From: Rebecca billardiae RCC1528
Taxonomy: Eukaryota > Protista > Haptophyta
Direction of reading: 5' to 3'
Length of the DNA: 64,000 bases
NCBI GenBank assembly: GCA_965240325.2
Contig: OZ251222.1
Coordinates: forward strand, 2,976,001-3,040,000
A program made the translations under genes and the position numbers. This document shows, in pieces, positions 45,183 through 56,221 of the stretch. The notes beneath the pieces were generated by a model, which searched no databases, was not told the origin of the DNA, and worked only from the letters and a program-made list of their open reading frames with translations. The stretch's first letter is position 1, and every line of letters starts with the position of its first letter.

Positions 45183-47587
45183 ATGGCGGAGGAGGAGCTC
45201 GTGGCGCGCGTGCGCGCGACGACGAACACATCATGCGGGATGGAAGAGGTGCGCACCCTCCTGCAGAACGTCGACTTCGACGAGCGCAAGATCGAGCACA
45301 TGATCGACCAGTACTTTGAGGGGATGGGCGACCTGAAGGCTCTCGAGCAGAAGAGCGCGCTGTGGGCGGAAGTTGACAGCAAGGGGCGCAGCAAGAAGAA
45401 GGTGCGCGCTGGCGGGCGGTGGCGGCGACGTGCGGCTCCACCTGCGGGACCCCTCCCTCGCCTCTCGTGCCCACTCCGGAGCCGAGGGCGCGATTGACCG
45501 CATGCACCGGCTCGCGCCACGCGCGCTCACAATGCCCATCCGCCCGTGCGCACGCCCGACCCACGCTCGTGCGGCAGGCGCAAGAAGGCGTCGCGGGCGA
45601 GGTGAAAGCTGGGCAAGACAGCTCCGACGCGCGAGAGCAGGCCGGGGGGCGCGGTCGCGGCGGATCGGCGCGCACGCGCGAGCGCGCCGAGCGCGGCACT
45701 GGCGACAAGCGCGAGGCCCGCGACGTGCGCGAGCCGCGCGAGCCCCGAGAGCCCCGCGAGCCTCGCGAGCCTCGTGACCCCCGCGAGGGCCGCGAGGTGC
45801 GTGAGGGTCGCGAGGGTCGCGAGATGCGTGAGGGCCGCGAGGGCCGCGATGGACGGTCGCGCGGCTCGCGTGGCGGCCGTGGCCGCGAAGGTACGCGTGA
45901 CGGACGGGAGCGCTCGGGCACGGAGTCGCCCGTGCATGCCGTGGACAGCACGGGCAGCGCGCAAGTGCCGCCCATGTCAAACGGCGCCTCCCCGGCTCTG
46001 CCTGCCGTGGCGAACGGCGTGCCGGCCCCGGCGCTCGGCCCGGCAGTCGGTGCCGCGCCCAAGCCCGCCGCAGGGTCGTGCTGGAACGCCAACGCGCCCC
46101 TGGCCAAGGAGCTGCAGCAGCAGCAGCAGCAGCAGCAGGCGGCGCCGCCGCAGCCGCAGCCGGCGGCGGCAGTGGCGCAGCCGCAGCAGCCGCCGCCGCA
46201 GCCCCCGCAGCCGACGGCGCCATCGATGGCGTCGCAGCTGGCGCAGCCGGCGGTGGCGGCGCAGCCAGCTGTCGTGCCGCAGCAGCCGCAGGCCGCTGCC
46301 ACGAGCGCAGCGCAGGTTGCTGCTGCCGCGGCCTCGCGGCCGGGCTGGGACGCGCCGCCAACGACGGTGGACGCCGGCACCATCGCCGACGCCGGCCCCA
46401 AGGACGCTGGCGACTCGTCTGGCGGCCGCGGCGGCCGCGGCAGCCGCGGGCGTTCGCAGCAGGGCAAGCGCCAAGGTCCGACCGGTGCAGACGGGGCCCA
46501 GTCGCCCGCGCAGCCAGCGGCTGCACCCCACGAGGCTCCGAGCGCGCCGGCGGCGCCGCTCGCAACCATGGCCAACACCGCGCCGCCCGCTGCAGGCGCG
46601 CAGGCCGCGCCAGCACCTCCGCCGCAGTCGGTGCCGACCACCTCACAGCCCGCACGCGCCCCCGGCCTTCCGTCGATGCCCATGCCGATGCCGGCGTCCA
46701 ACAGCTCGCTCTTCAGCGTCGCAGGCGGCGGGCAGAGGGCGGCGGCCGTCAGCAGGCCGGCGGCGCCCAACGGCGAGGCGCCTCTCGGAGGCGCGCCGTG
46801 GGCGATGCTGCACTCGACGGTGGCGCAGCCAGCAGGCGCGGCAGACCTCACGACTGGCAGCGCGCAGCCAGCCATGCAGCCCTCTGCCGCGCCGGGCGGC
46901 GCCGGGCTGCGTGGGCCCATCTCGTTTGGGGCGTTTGGGCCTGCGTGCACCGCGGACGCGCCCACCTCTCGGCCGCAGGATGTCGCCGCCCCGGCGCAGC
47001 CCGCGGCCGCATACGCCACCGGCCCAGGCGGCGTGGCAGATGCCTCCAGCCGCCAGCCGGCGCCCATGCCCGCCATGTCGGGCGCGGGCGGGGGCCAGCA
47101 GAACGTCCTGGCCCAGCTGCAGATGGTGATGGGCCAGGGCAAGCCAAGCGGCGGCGGCGCGGAGAAGGACGGCTGGGGCAGCGCGCCGTCTGGCGTGCCG
47201 GCATGGGGTGCGGCGGACGGCGCGGTCTCGGCCTCTCAGCCACCAAGTGCTGCCGCACCTCCCGCGCCGCACCAGTCCGCACCGCCGCCACCAAACTCCC
47301 AGCCCGCGCCGAACGCCTCGCAGGCGCCGCTCGCGCAGGCCGGGGCGTACAAGCAACAGGCGCAGCAGCACGTGCGCGGCCCGCAGCCGCCGTCGCAGCC
47401 GCAGCTCCCGCAGCCCGGCCTCTACGGCGATGGCTCGCAGCCTCAGGGACACCAGGGCTATGCACAGCATCCGCCGCAGCCGCCGCAACCGCCGCAGCCG
47501 CAGCACGATGCACACGGGCCTGAGCAGCCGCCACCGCCGCCACAGCCGATGCAGCCGCCACCGCCGCAGCATCAGCAGCAGCAGCAT

Positions 47588-47677
<90 letters not shown>

Positions 47678-48680
47678 TCCTCACAACAGCAGCGTGGGAA
47701 CAAGGGCCAGGGCCGAGGCAGGGAGGGCAAGGCTCCGGCATCGTCGCGCCCACCCATGGACGGAGGTGCGCGCCTGCTCTTCGCGCCTCCCGCGATCAGC
47801 GCTGCAGCGAGCGCGCGCACAGCGCGCGCTGCGAAGTCGAGCTGCTTGACTGCGCGTGGTGCACCGCGTGCTTGACTTCGTGTGTGCTCCAACTGACACC
47901 TCCGCGCCGGCCGCCCCATCACCGCGGTGACCGCGCGCAGGCGCAGCTGCATTCGGAGCGCCGAACGGTGCATCGCTGCAAGTAGCAGCACAGCAGCAGC
48001 AGGTGAGTTGCAGCGGCCGCTTGCCGCGCGCACCGCGCACCGCGTGTACCGTGCACGCCCCCCGATGAGTGCGCCGCCTGGCTGCGAGCTGCCGTGGCCG
48101 ATCCGGCTGCTTGCGTGCTGACACCAGGGCCGTGCTCTTGCGCGTCCCCCGCCTGCTCCGCGCGCAGGCCGCCTACTACAACATGCCCAACAGCCCGGCT
48201 GGCCAGCCCATGTACTACGCGGGCAGCCCCGGGTACCTGCCGGCCGCGTACGCGCCGGGGCCGCAGATGGGACAGTACCCTCCGGGCGGGATGGCGCCGC
48301 CGTCGATGTACCCCGGGGGGCACCAGTACCACCAGCCGCAGCACCCGGGCGCGCCGCGCATGCCGGGGTACCCGCCCGCAGCCAAGCTGTACGGGCAGAA
48401 GGGCTACGGGGACTTTCAGATGCCGGCGGGCACGTACCCGTTCGGGGCCGCGCCATACGGCGCGCAGGGCGCGCCGGGTGCAAGCATGCACCAGCCTCCC
48501 ATGGCGGGGATGCAGCCGCCCTTCCCGGGCGGCGGCTACGACACAAGCGGGTTCAACGGGGGGCGCAGCTCGTACGGAGGCGGATACGAGGGTATCGGGG
48601 CGGAGTACCACAACGCGCAGCAGCAGATGTACATGCAAGGACCGCCATCGGGCATCTTCCCACCCAACACCGGCCTCTGA
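45183..48680 (+). CDS. UBAP2L/Def1/GIP1-like protein (N-terminal UBA/CUE-like domain, RG repeats, polyQ, Tyr/Gly/Pro-rich tail); exons 45183-45401, 45578-47765, 47941-48002, 48168-48680
   Basis: Helical N-terminus ending 'WAEVDSKGRSKK', RGRGG motifs and a prion-like C-terminus. Three GT-AG introns give a continuous frame. Confidence 0.7.
47570..47677 (+). repeat. (CAG)n coding polyglutamine tract
   Basis: Seen directly. Confidence 0.95.
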
Positions 48681-50455
48681 GCCGTGGGCCGCTGCTCCCA
48701 CTCTGCGGGCCTTTGAGGCAGCCCAGGCGAGCTCGGTGCCCGAGGGCGACAGCGCGGCCCACGATGACGACGTCACGCGCGCGAGGGCGTCTGCAGCAGT
48801 CGCGACGCTGCTGCGAGTGATGCGTCCATTCAGTGGGCGTGGTGGTCCAGCTGGGTCCGGTGGTGAAGCTCTTGTCTGTCACTCGTCAGTCCCGAATGCG
48901 GGGTCGCTGCTCCGGGCGGTGCGGCCGGTGCCGCGATTCGGCGCTCGCACATCCGCCTCAATCGTCATCGACGGTCAAACGCTTTGACGACAGGCGGCCG
49001 ACTTGTGCGAACATCAACGGTCTGAGACTGAGCTGCCATTGAGCGACCGCCCAATGGTGCCAGTCGTATTAATATTCCTCATCATCAATATTTGCCGTAC
49101 CGCCGTATAATTAATGATATATATAAGCAATAATAAGCAGATAAATTCATCCGATGACGAATTATTAATCAGACTACTAAGGGTAAGGCATTCAGGTACT
49201 AGTACGGGCCACTAGTTAGGCAGCACGCTGGCCGGCATTAGGCGCATCAGCAGCAGCCGCCGGCGGTGGGCATCGTCCCTCATCAATAACAATATTATTC
49301 ATATCGATCTGCTGCCTCTGCAGAGTCTGCTGATTATTTGACAGCGCGCTGCTCCGACGTCTGCGAGCAGTGGCAGCGGGCGACTGGCGGTGGCATTTAT
49401 CGGGGCATTATTCTGTCATCGCTGTATAGGACCGGAATGTAGGTAGTAGACTCAGTAGATTCCGACGTCTCCGAGTAGTGGCAGCAGGCGACTAGTGATG
49501 GCATTATATTCTGTCGCTGTAGGACCGGAATGTAGGTAGACACAATAATGCCATCAATTGATGCAGGCAATATGGTTAACTAACGTACTAGCTGCTATAA
49601 TGGCCCGCGGTGCAGGGCGGAGCGCGCAGCGTGGAGCCCGCACCAGCGGGCCCGAACCACGTTTCAAAAAGATCTTTGATCAAGAAAAAGGGACGCGGGG
49701 GCCGATTTTTAGGGCTGGCGGAGACCGAGTTTCGAATTTTGAGACCCTCTCTACAGATGCATCACGGAGAAAAAAACCGCGCCCACGACATTCCCCTAAT
49801 CAATCGTGGACGGCCGGGCGTGAGAGTTCACTTCTGTGTGAAGTAGGACGGTTACAAGTCCAATACAAGCGTCAGCTTCTTTATTGAGGCTATTTTTGCA
49901 CGTCCTTACGGGATCAGCGAAGTAACCAACCGATATATATTGGCTTCGTCGGGGTCGTATTCACTACTGGAGAACATTTGCACCGCGCTTCGTATTCATA
50001 TGTATGGTTCACGCAGGCATAAAATCGCTTCGTCGGGGTCGTATCCACTATACTGGAGAACATCATTTGCACCGCTTCGTTTTCATACATTGTAATGTAT
50101 ATGGTTCGTGGACTAATTCTATGATTTAAAGACACAGGCACGAGGGCGCAGCTCTCCTGATTCGTCTGTAGTGGTACTGGTCGAAGCTTGCAGCAGTGGC
50201 AGTGGTGTGAGCGCGTTGATGTTGGTCCCCATGGCGGATGTCGTTGTTGTCGTCGTCCGGACGTCGTCAGGCCCACCAGGAAGTGCATGGGTACGAAATC
50301 AAAGGCGAGTGAGCATGTTGGCGTCGGCCAGGCCGTCCCCTACTTGGTCAGCAGCTGGTGCGGATGATGTCGTCGCCTACTTGGTCAGTGGCAGGTCATG
50401 GTGGACGATGGTGTAGCCTGTTCTTGGTCAGCAGCTGGTGGGTGATGTTGTGGCC

Positions 50456-50911
50456 GAAGTTAATAGTAGTTGGACTCGCCTGAGTTAGTAGTAGTTGGAC
50501 TCGCCGAAGTTGGTAGTAGTTGGACTCGCCGAAGTTAGTAGTAGTTGGACTCGCCTGAGTTAGTAGTAGTTGGACTCGCCGAAGTTAGTAGTAGTTGGAC
50601 TCGCCGAAGTTAGTAGTAGTTGGACTCGCCGAAGTTAGTAGTCGTAGTTGGACTCGCCGAAGTTAGTAGTAGTTGGACTCGCCGAAGTTAGTAGTAGTTG
50701 GACTCGCCGAAGTTAGTAGTAGTTGGACTCGCCGAAGTTAGTAGTAGTAGTTGGACTCACCGAGGTTAGTAGTAGTTGGACTCGCCGAAGTTAGTAGTGG
50801 TTGGACTCGCCGAAGTTAGTAGTAGTTGGACTCGCCGAAGTTAGTAGTAGTTGGACTCGCCGAAGTTTGTAGTAGTTGGACTCGCCGAAGTTAGTAGTAG
50901 TTGGACTCGCC
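50456..50911. repeat. Tandem array, 18 copies of GAAGTTAGTAGTAGTTGGACTCGCC (25 bp)
   Basis: Counted by eye. Two units are 28 bp. No unique spacers. Confidence 0.95.
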
Positions 50912-51091
50912 GTCGAGGACTGGTTCCGGTACTTGTGGGGGATGGTCGTGTCTCTGCTGGGCCTGGTGGTTCTGGTTGAGCTCGTCCTCCTCCTCCCCCC
51001 CCCCCCCCCCCCCCCGGCGCTTGGGCAGTTCCCCCACCCTCCCCAGCAGGGGCCTCTGGCCAGCCTGAGTTCTGCCTGCGGGCCCGTGGCC

Positions 51092-52612
51092 TCAGTGGGC
51101 CTGACCTGGCAGTGCCCTTGGGACTGTGGTCCTGTAATGGCCTCTCCAGTGAGAGATGACCCTGGTCTGTCCAAGTGCGCCCGCTGCCAGCCTGGTGGCC
51201 ACTTGGGGCCAGGGTAGCACCTCAATGTGCAGCGGGTCGTGCCGGTTGTACTGGGGGGAGCCTGGGCTGTGGAAGACCTGGACCATACGAAGAGGGGCGC
51301 CTGTGTGAGGGTCTCTGGTGACCAGGACGACTGTGGTGTTCGCCCCTGCTGCCACACAGGGGAGGAGTGCATCTGCCAACGGGGTGCCAGCCTCTCGAAC
51401 CGTGCCCAGGGTGGCAGCCGCTGCTGCTGCCCTCTGTGCGCTCCCATCGGGCTCGAGGTGGGCCGGCTGGAGGGCCACTGCGGCCGCCAGGACCCCCTGG
51501 TGCTGCGCACTCAGGGACAGGGCGTGCTGTACGGTGGCTTGCCTCAGTGCCTGGGCGCTCCTGGTTGCCCCTGCTGGGTCTTCGCGGGCCCCTGCGCGGG
51601 TGACGCCCAGTACCGCAAGGAACCCGCAGTTGGCACCAGTGCCATCGACGTCAGCATCCTGCAGTTCAGCTGCTGCATAGTAGGCATTGAGGGCCTGTTG
51701 GCCAGGTTCCTGCTGGGCCAGTGGGCCAGGGGGTGGAGGGGCCCTGCTGCCGGCCGGGGGCTGGCGCCCCCCTGCTGGGCCCTCCTGGCTGCTTGATGGG
51801 GGTCGGGGGCCCTGTGTTCGGTCAGGGGAGGGTGTGAGTCTTGGGCCGCTGGCGGACGATCCCTGGGTCTGCCCATCTCTGGGGCTCGCTCCCCCTGTGA
51901 GGCGGCAGCGGCGGAGAGCGGTGAGGAAGTGCGCGAGGTCGTACCGGCGCTGGCGGCCCTCCGTCCCAGCTGTAGCTAGCTCGAGGCGCTTGTGGTGGAT
52001 GTGGGTGGTGACGCTGACGATGGTAGAGTGTAAGCTTCCCACCTTGTAGCTGCCGTCCCGCCCGGCTGGCTGGCCATCCTGCTCGTCTGACTGGTCTGCA
52101 TCGGCAGAGGCGCTGTTACTGTCTCCCCCGTCCCGCGCGGTCCGCCAGGGGTACTGTTTTGCGCTCTCCTGGGCGGCTGCCACTACTGCCTTGGGGATCT
52201 GGCCCGCATAGTAGTGCCGGTGGGCTGTAGCCTGCTCTGCCAGGTCTTGCCTGTCTTGCATCGGCATCCTGCCGCCAGTGCGCTTGTCAAGCATCCGGAT
52301 GATGCTATGCTGTGCCATGCTCCTGGCGTCGGCGTGGGGGCAGTCACAGAAGACGTGCGTGGCAGAGTCCGGCCCAGGGGCGTCCGATCCTGCCTCGAGG
52401 CAGAACAGACAGTCGGTGCCCAGCGTGCAGTCCGGCCATTGCTGGCTATATGGGACTGCATCCAATCCTGGGTTGGCCCCTGCAGCATCTTGATTATACT
52501 CCAGCGCCCCGACGCAGCACCTGAGGACGAACTTGGTGAGGCGCTCTGGCTTGGTGAACTGGTTCCGCAGCGAGAGGGTGGATTCCTGGGTGTGTAGGGA
52601 GTCGTCCCCCAT
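51092..52612 (-). CDS. Truncated retroelement ORF: zf-RVT-like finger plus C-terminal OTU-like cysteine protease
   Basis: 'CLFC...DSATHVFCDCP', OTU Cys loop 'VDGTGANCGFLAV..ALRQ', His loop 'WRGHYRT'. Confidence 0.6.
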   Translation of the reverse strand: MGDDSLHTQESTLSLRNQFTKPERLTKFVLRCCVGALEYNQDAAGANPGLDAVPYSQQWPDCTLGTDCLFCLEAGSDAPGPDSATHVFCDCPHADARSMAQHSIIRMLDKRTGGRMPMQDRQDLAEQATAHRHYYAGQIPKAVVAAAQESAKQYPWRTARDGGDSNSASADADQSDEQDGQPAGRDGSYKVGSLHSTIVSVTTHIHHKRLELATAGTEGRQRRYDLAHFLTALRRCRLTGGASPRDGQTQGSSASGPRLTPSPDRTQGPRPPSSSQEGPAGGRQPPAGSRAPPPPGPLAQQEPGQQALNAYYAAAELQDADVDGTGANCGFLAVLGVTRAGAREDPAGATRSAQALRQATVQHALSLSAQHQGVLAAAVALQPAHLEPDGSAQRAAAAAATLGTVREAGTPLADALLPCVAAGANTTVVLVTRDPHTGAPLRMVQVFHSPGSPQYNRHDPLHIEVLPWPQVATRLAAGALGQTRVISHWRGHYRTTVPRALPGQAH

Positions 52613-52887
52613 CTTGATGGCGTACTTGGCGCTCCTGCGCTGCCTCTCTGCCGCCTGTTCGGGGGACTCGTCGTTGCCAGGGGTGGGATCCAGGCGCGCC
52701 TCCAGGGCGCTACGGGATCGAGCAGAATATCATCGATATTCATCAGGCGCACGTGTGCGTATTCATCATCAGCCTTCGGGAATTGGGAGTAGCTATTGGC
52801 CTTTTGCCCTCTGGCGAGCCAGTTGTGCGCACGCTTGAGCAGGCCTTGAGCAGGCTCGAGGCCACTTTTTGCGCTCACGTGGACATC

Positions 52888-53790
52888 ATGATGCCGAGCA
52901 CGTCAGCTGGCGACGCCGACGAGGACCGCGCTCGCCGCGTATTGAACGTGCTGCTCGAATCCGGGGCAGTGAAGAAGGTGGCTAAGAGCACGCTCCAGAG
53001 CATCGCTGCTGCCATCTCAGTCGTGAGGCACAAGCAGGACGTGCCCTCTGCGGCGGTGAAGTACAACGTGCCCAAATGGTCGATCTACAACTTCGTTCGC
53101 AAGGTCCGCACCGTGCTGGAGGACGAAGGCGCAATCGGCAGGGGGAGCGCGACGCGACTGATCACCGACTTCACCACGCGCCCCGCAGGCCAGCTCCCTC
53201 CCTCCTCCTCACCCGGCCCAACAGCTGGCAGCCGCTTTGCGGCACTCGCCGCGCTCGACGGGGAAATGCCCGCTGCAGAGAAAGCACAGCCGCAGCGGGG
53301 GCGCCCGGCCGGCTCGCTCAGCCTGCTGGGCACGCTCAACCTAGGCGTCACGTGCTACCTCGGCTCGCTGCTGGCGGCGCTGCTCGCGTGCCCTTCCATC
53401 GTCTCGCTCGCCACATCTGCCGCGGCTGAGCAGTCCACCAACCCCATCGTGTCCCGAGCATGCGCTCGCTGGCGCTCGCGCATGTCAACTGCGAGTGGCC
53501 CAGCGAGGTGGGGCCGACGCGTATTGCTCGAGCCGCTCCACGACGCGATCGCGGAGGTCTGTCGGTGGACAACGGCGTTTGGGCAGCAGCAGCAGGACGC
53601 GTGCGAGGTGCTGTACAAAATCATGGAGGCCCTGGCTGGCTGCGACGAGGCGTGCTCATACCTTGGCTTGCTCGAGTGCCTCGGTCAGCTGGCGAGCGAG
53701 CAGCCCTCGCAGCAGCAGCGCGTGCCGACGCCGACGATCTCGCAGCAGCAGCGCGTGCCGACGATCTCAGTCGGCCATGACTTCGACTGT
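52888..53790 (+). pseudogene. Pipsqueak-type HTH plus N-terminal half of a USP (peptidase C19) domain, truncated
   Basis: 'IAAAISVVRHKQDVPSAAVKYNVPKWSIYNFV', Cys box 'GTLNLGVTCYLGSLLAALLACP', 'QQQDACEVLYKIMEAL'. No His box, and the frame runs off the end of the element. Confidence 0.55.
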
Positions 53791-54009
53791 ACACAATCGG
53801 CGCCTCGCCGGCGGCTGCGATGGGCCCGCCCGGCCGCGCGGCGGGCGGCGGCGCGCCGCTGGAGTCTACTCGCTGCCGGGCTCGCGGCCGGGCGGGCCCA
53901 CTCTCGATCGCGACGGAGGGTGCGACGGAGGGTGCACCGCCACCGCGGGCCCCGAACTACGTTCGTTCTACGGAAAAGGACCGCGGAACGCGGTCATATA
54001 TCTGATGAT

Positions 54010-54415
<406 letters not shown>

Positions 54416-54968
54416 ACTGCACTGCGGGCCATGCAGATTATCATCCTTGAGCAATGAGCTACGCGTACTCAGGCAACAGCCATATGTATTTTTAAATGGT
54501 CCGTCGTTATTATTGTTATTTCTTATTCGCGTCACTGACGACATCATATCGGACATTACTCTTCAGCATTACTTCAGCAGCAGCGCCACATCACATCAGA
54601 CATCTCAGAATCAGGCGGTATCATTGGTAAGCTAATAACTCGCTACTCAGTAGCACTTTTTGAAAACTCAGTTCGTCATCAGATAATCCGCGACTCGCCG
54701 ACTCGGGAGTCGGGCCCCGGACCGCGCGTGGCCGTGCCTGAGACTCAGCCTGAGATGACTCAGAACCGCCGCTGATCAGTTAGTACCACTTCACAGCCGA
54801 GTCAGGCATCTAATCTCATCGTGGCATCATCAGCATCGAAACCATATGCATCATATCGCGTCGTCATCACGTGCACGATTCGTGCTGGCTGCATCCTTCG
54901 CTCCGATGTCGATGATGAGATCGATCTCATGACCCGGAACCTTGCAGTATCAGACTCGTCGTTTGACC

Positions 54969-55943
54969 TCACTCAGTCTGCGGCGGGGTCACCGGCAGCA
55001 CGTGAGAAAGCTTGTCATATGGTCGCCAGTGTTGGTTGTGCTCGGCGTGCTGATCGGCGATGGCACCAGCGACTAGACCAGCGGCAGCGAACCCAAAAGC
55101 ACCAGTCACGTGCACCGCCGTGCCCAACGTGTCTCCTCGGAAGCTCTCAGCCGGGTCGAGCGGAGCACCTGGCGCGGGTGGCTCAATGGATGTGATGGCG
55201 GTGACCCCGTACTCGCCCGTAGCCTCGTCGAGATCCATAGAACCGTCCAGGGCTCCGTGGGGACTGTCGACGGGCGGGGAAAGCGCCGGCCAGCCGTACT
55301 CGCTGCGCAGCAGCTCGACCACCTCGGCGAGGGTTGGGTCGACGACGGGCTGGGCTGCCGCTGCGCGAGAGAGGTCGCACGCGCGGATGGCAGTCGCATC
55401 GGACTTCGCACCCGGCGCTCCAGCTGTCACGACCAGGACACGCTCACGAACGCACGCATCAATCATGCCGGCCTTGTCTGCGACGAGGCCAACGGCGTCG
55501 ATGAGCGCGTCGAGGGGCGGCTCACATGCGGTGATGAAGCTGCGCGCTGACTCGGGCGTGACCCAGTCCATCACCTGGTGCACGTCGACGTCTGGGTTGA
55601 TGTCCTTGAGTCGGGCGGCGATGACCTCCGTCTTTGGCTGGCCGACAAGCGAAGCAAGCCCGTGCACCTGCCGGTTTGCGTTCGAGACGCACACATCGTC
55701 CAGGTCGGCGAGCGTGATCGTGCCCACGCCAGTGCGCGCGAGGGCCTCCGCTGCCCACGAGCCGATGCCGCCGAGGCCGACCACAGCGACGTGCGAGGCG
55801 CGCAGGCGCTCGAGGCCGCGCTCTCCATACAAGAGACGCGTACCGCGGAAGCGTAGAGCGGACTCACTCTCCGGAGTCACGCTGAACGACCCCGCGGACG
55901 CGAGGTGAAGCGCGACGGTGATTGCCAGGCAGGCGGCGGCCAT
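54969..55943 (-). CDS. ThiF-family tRNA threonylcarbamoyladenosine dehydratase (TcdA/TCD1-like)
   Basis: 'RFRGTRLLYG..GLERL..SHVAVVGLGGIGSWAAEALARTGVG.ITL.DLDDVCVSNANRQ', 'GTAVHVTGAFGF'. Start placed at MAAACL; an upstream ATG at ~56171 is possible. Confidence 0.85.
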   Translation of the reverse strand: MAAACLAITVALHLASAGSFSVTPESESALRFRGTRLLYGERGLERLRASHVAVVGLGGIGSWAAEALARTGVGTITLADLDDVCVSNANRQVHGLASLVGQPKTEVIAARLKDINPDVDVHQVMDWVTPESARSFITACEPPLDALIDAVGLVADKAGMIDACVRERVLVVTAGAPGAKSDATAIRACDLSRAAAAQPVVDPTLAEVVELLRSEYGWPALSPPVDSPHGALDGSMDLDEATGEYGVTAITSIEPPAPGAPLDPAESFRGDTLGTAVHVTGAFGFAAAGLVAGAIADQHAEHNQHWRPYDKLSHVLPVTPPQTE

Positions 55944-56221
55944 CACGATCTCTACGCAGGCGAGTTGGGGGTGGGCAGCCAGCCGTAAGGCCGTCCGGGT
56001 CGGGCGTCGGTGTGTCTCGACGAAATGCGACACGGTTGGCCACCCAAGCGTCCGGGCAAGGGGACTCCCCTTGGTCCGGGCGTGCGCAGAAGCAAGGAGT
56101 GTCCGGATCAGAAAAGACCGCTCATCGATAGATGAAAAAAAGCAAGCAGCATCCGCCGCCGCCGCCGCCATCGTAGTTTTCACGTCCTCGATACGATTCC
56201 GCTGCCACCGTTCGTGTCGCC

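Larger units (their letters stand above)
50110..52718 (-). mobile_element. 5'-truncated non-LTR retroelement fragment nested in copy B (right boundary approximate)
   Basis: ORF with zf-RVT-like CCHC, a 3' UTR with a tandem array, and a conserved terminus shared with 19748 and 63671. Base composition differs from the flanks. Confidence 0.6.
49598..53996 (+). mobile_element. Helitron2/Helentron-like element, copy B, with cargo and nested insertion
   Basis: GGCCCGCGGTG at 49602-49612 can pair with 49641-49652 and with subterminal CACCGCGGGCC at 53941-53951. Terminal hairpin at 53979-53995. Ends are shared with 8046-9315. Confidence 0.7.

Noticed and set aside
49352-50107. Short imperfect local duplications (49352-49540 and 49943-50107)
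   Set aside because: They look like ordinary slippage duplications common in this intergenic DNA, with no further structure.
50456-50911. CRISPR array
   Set aside because: Units are contiguous with no unique spacers, there are no cas genes, and the context is eukaryotic.
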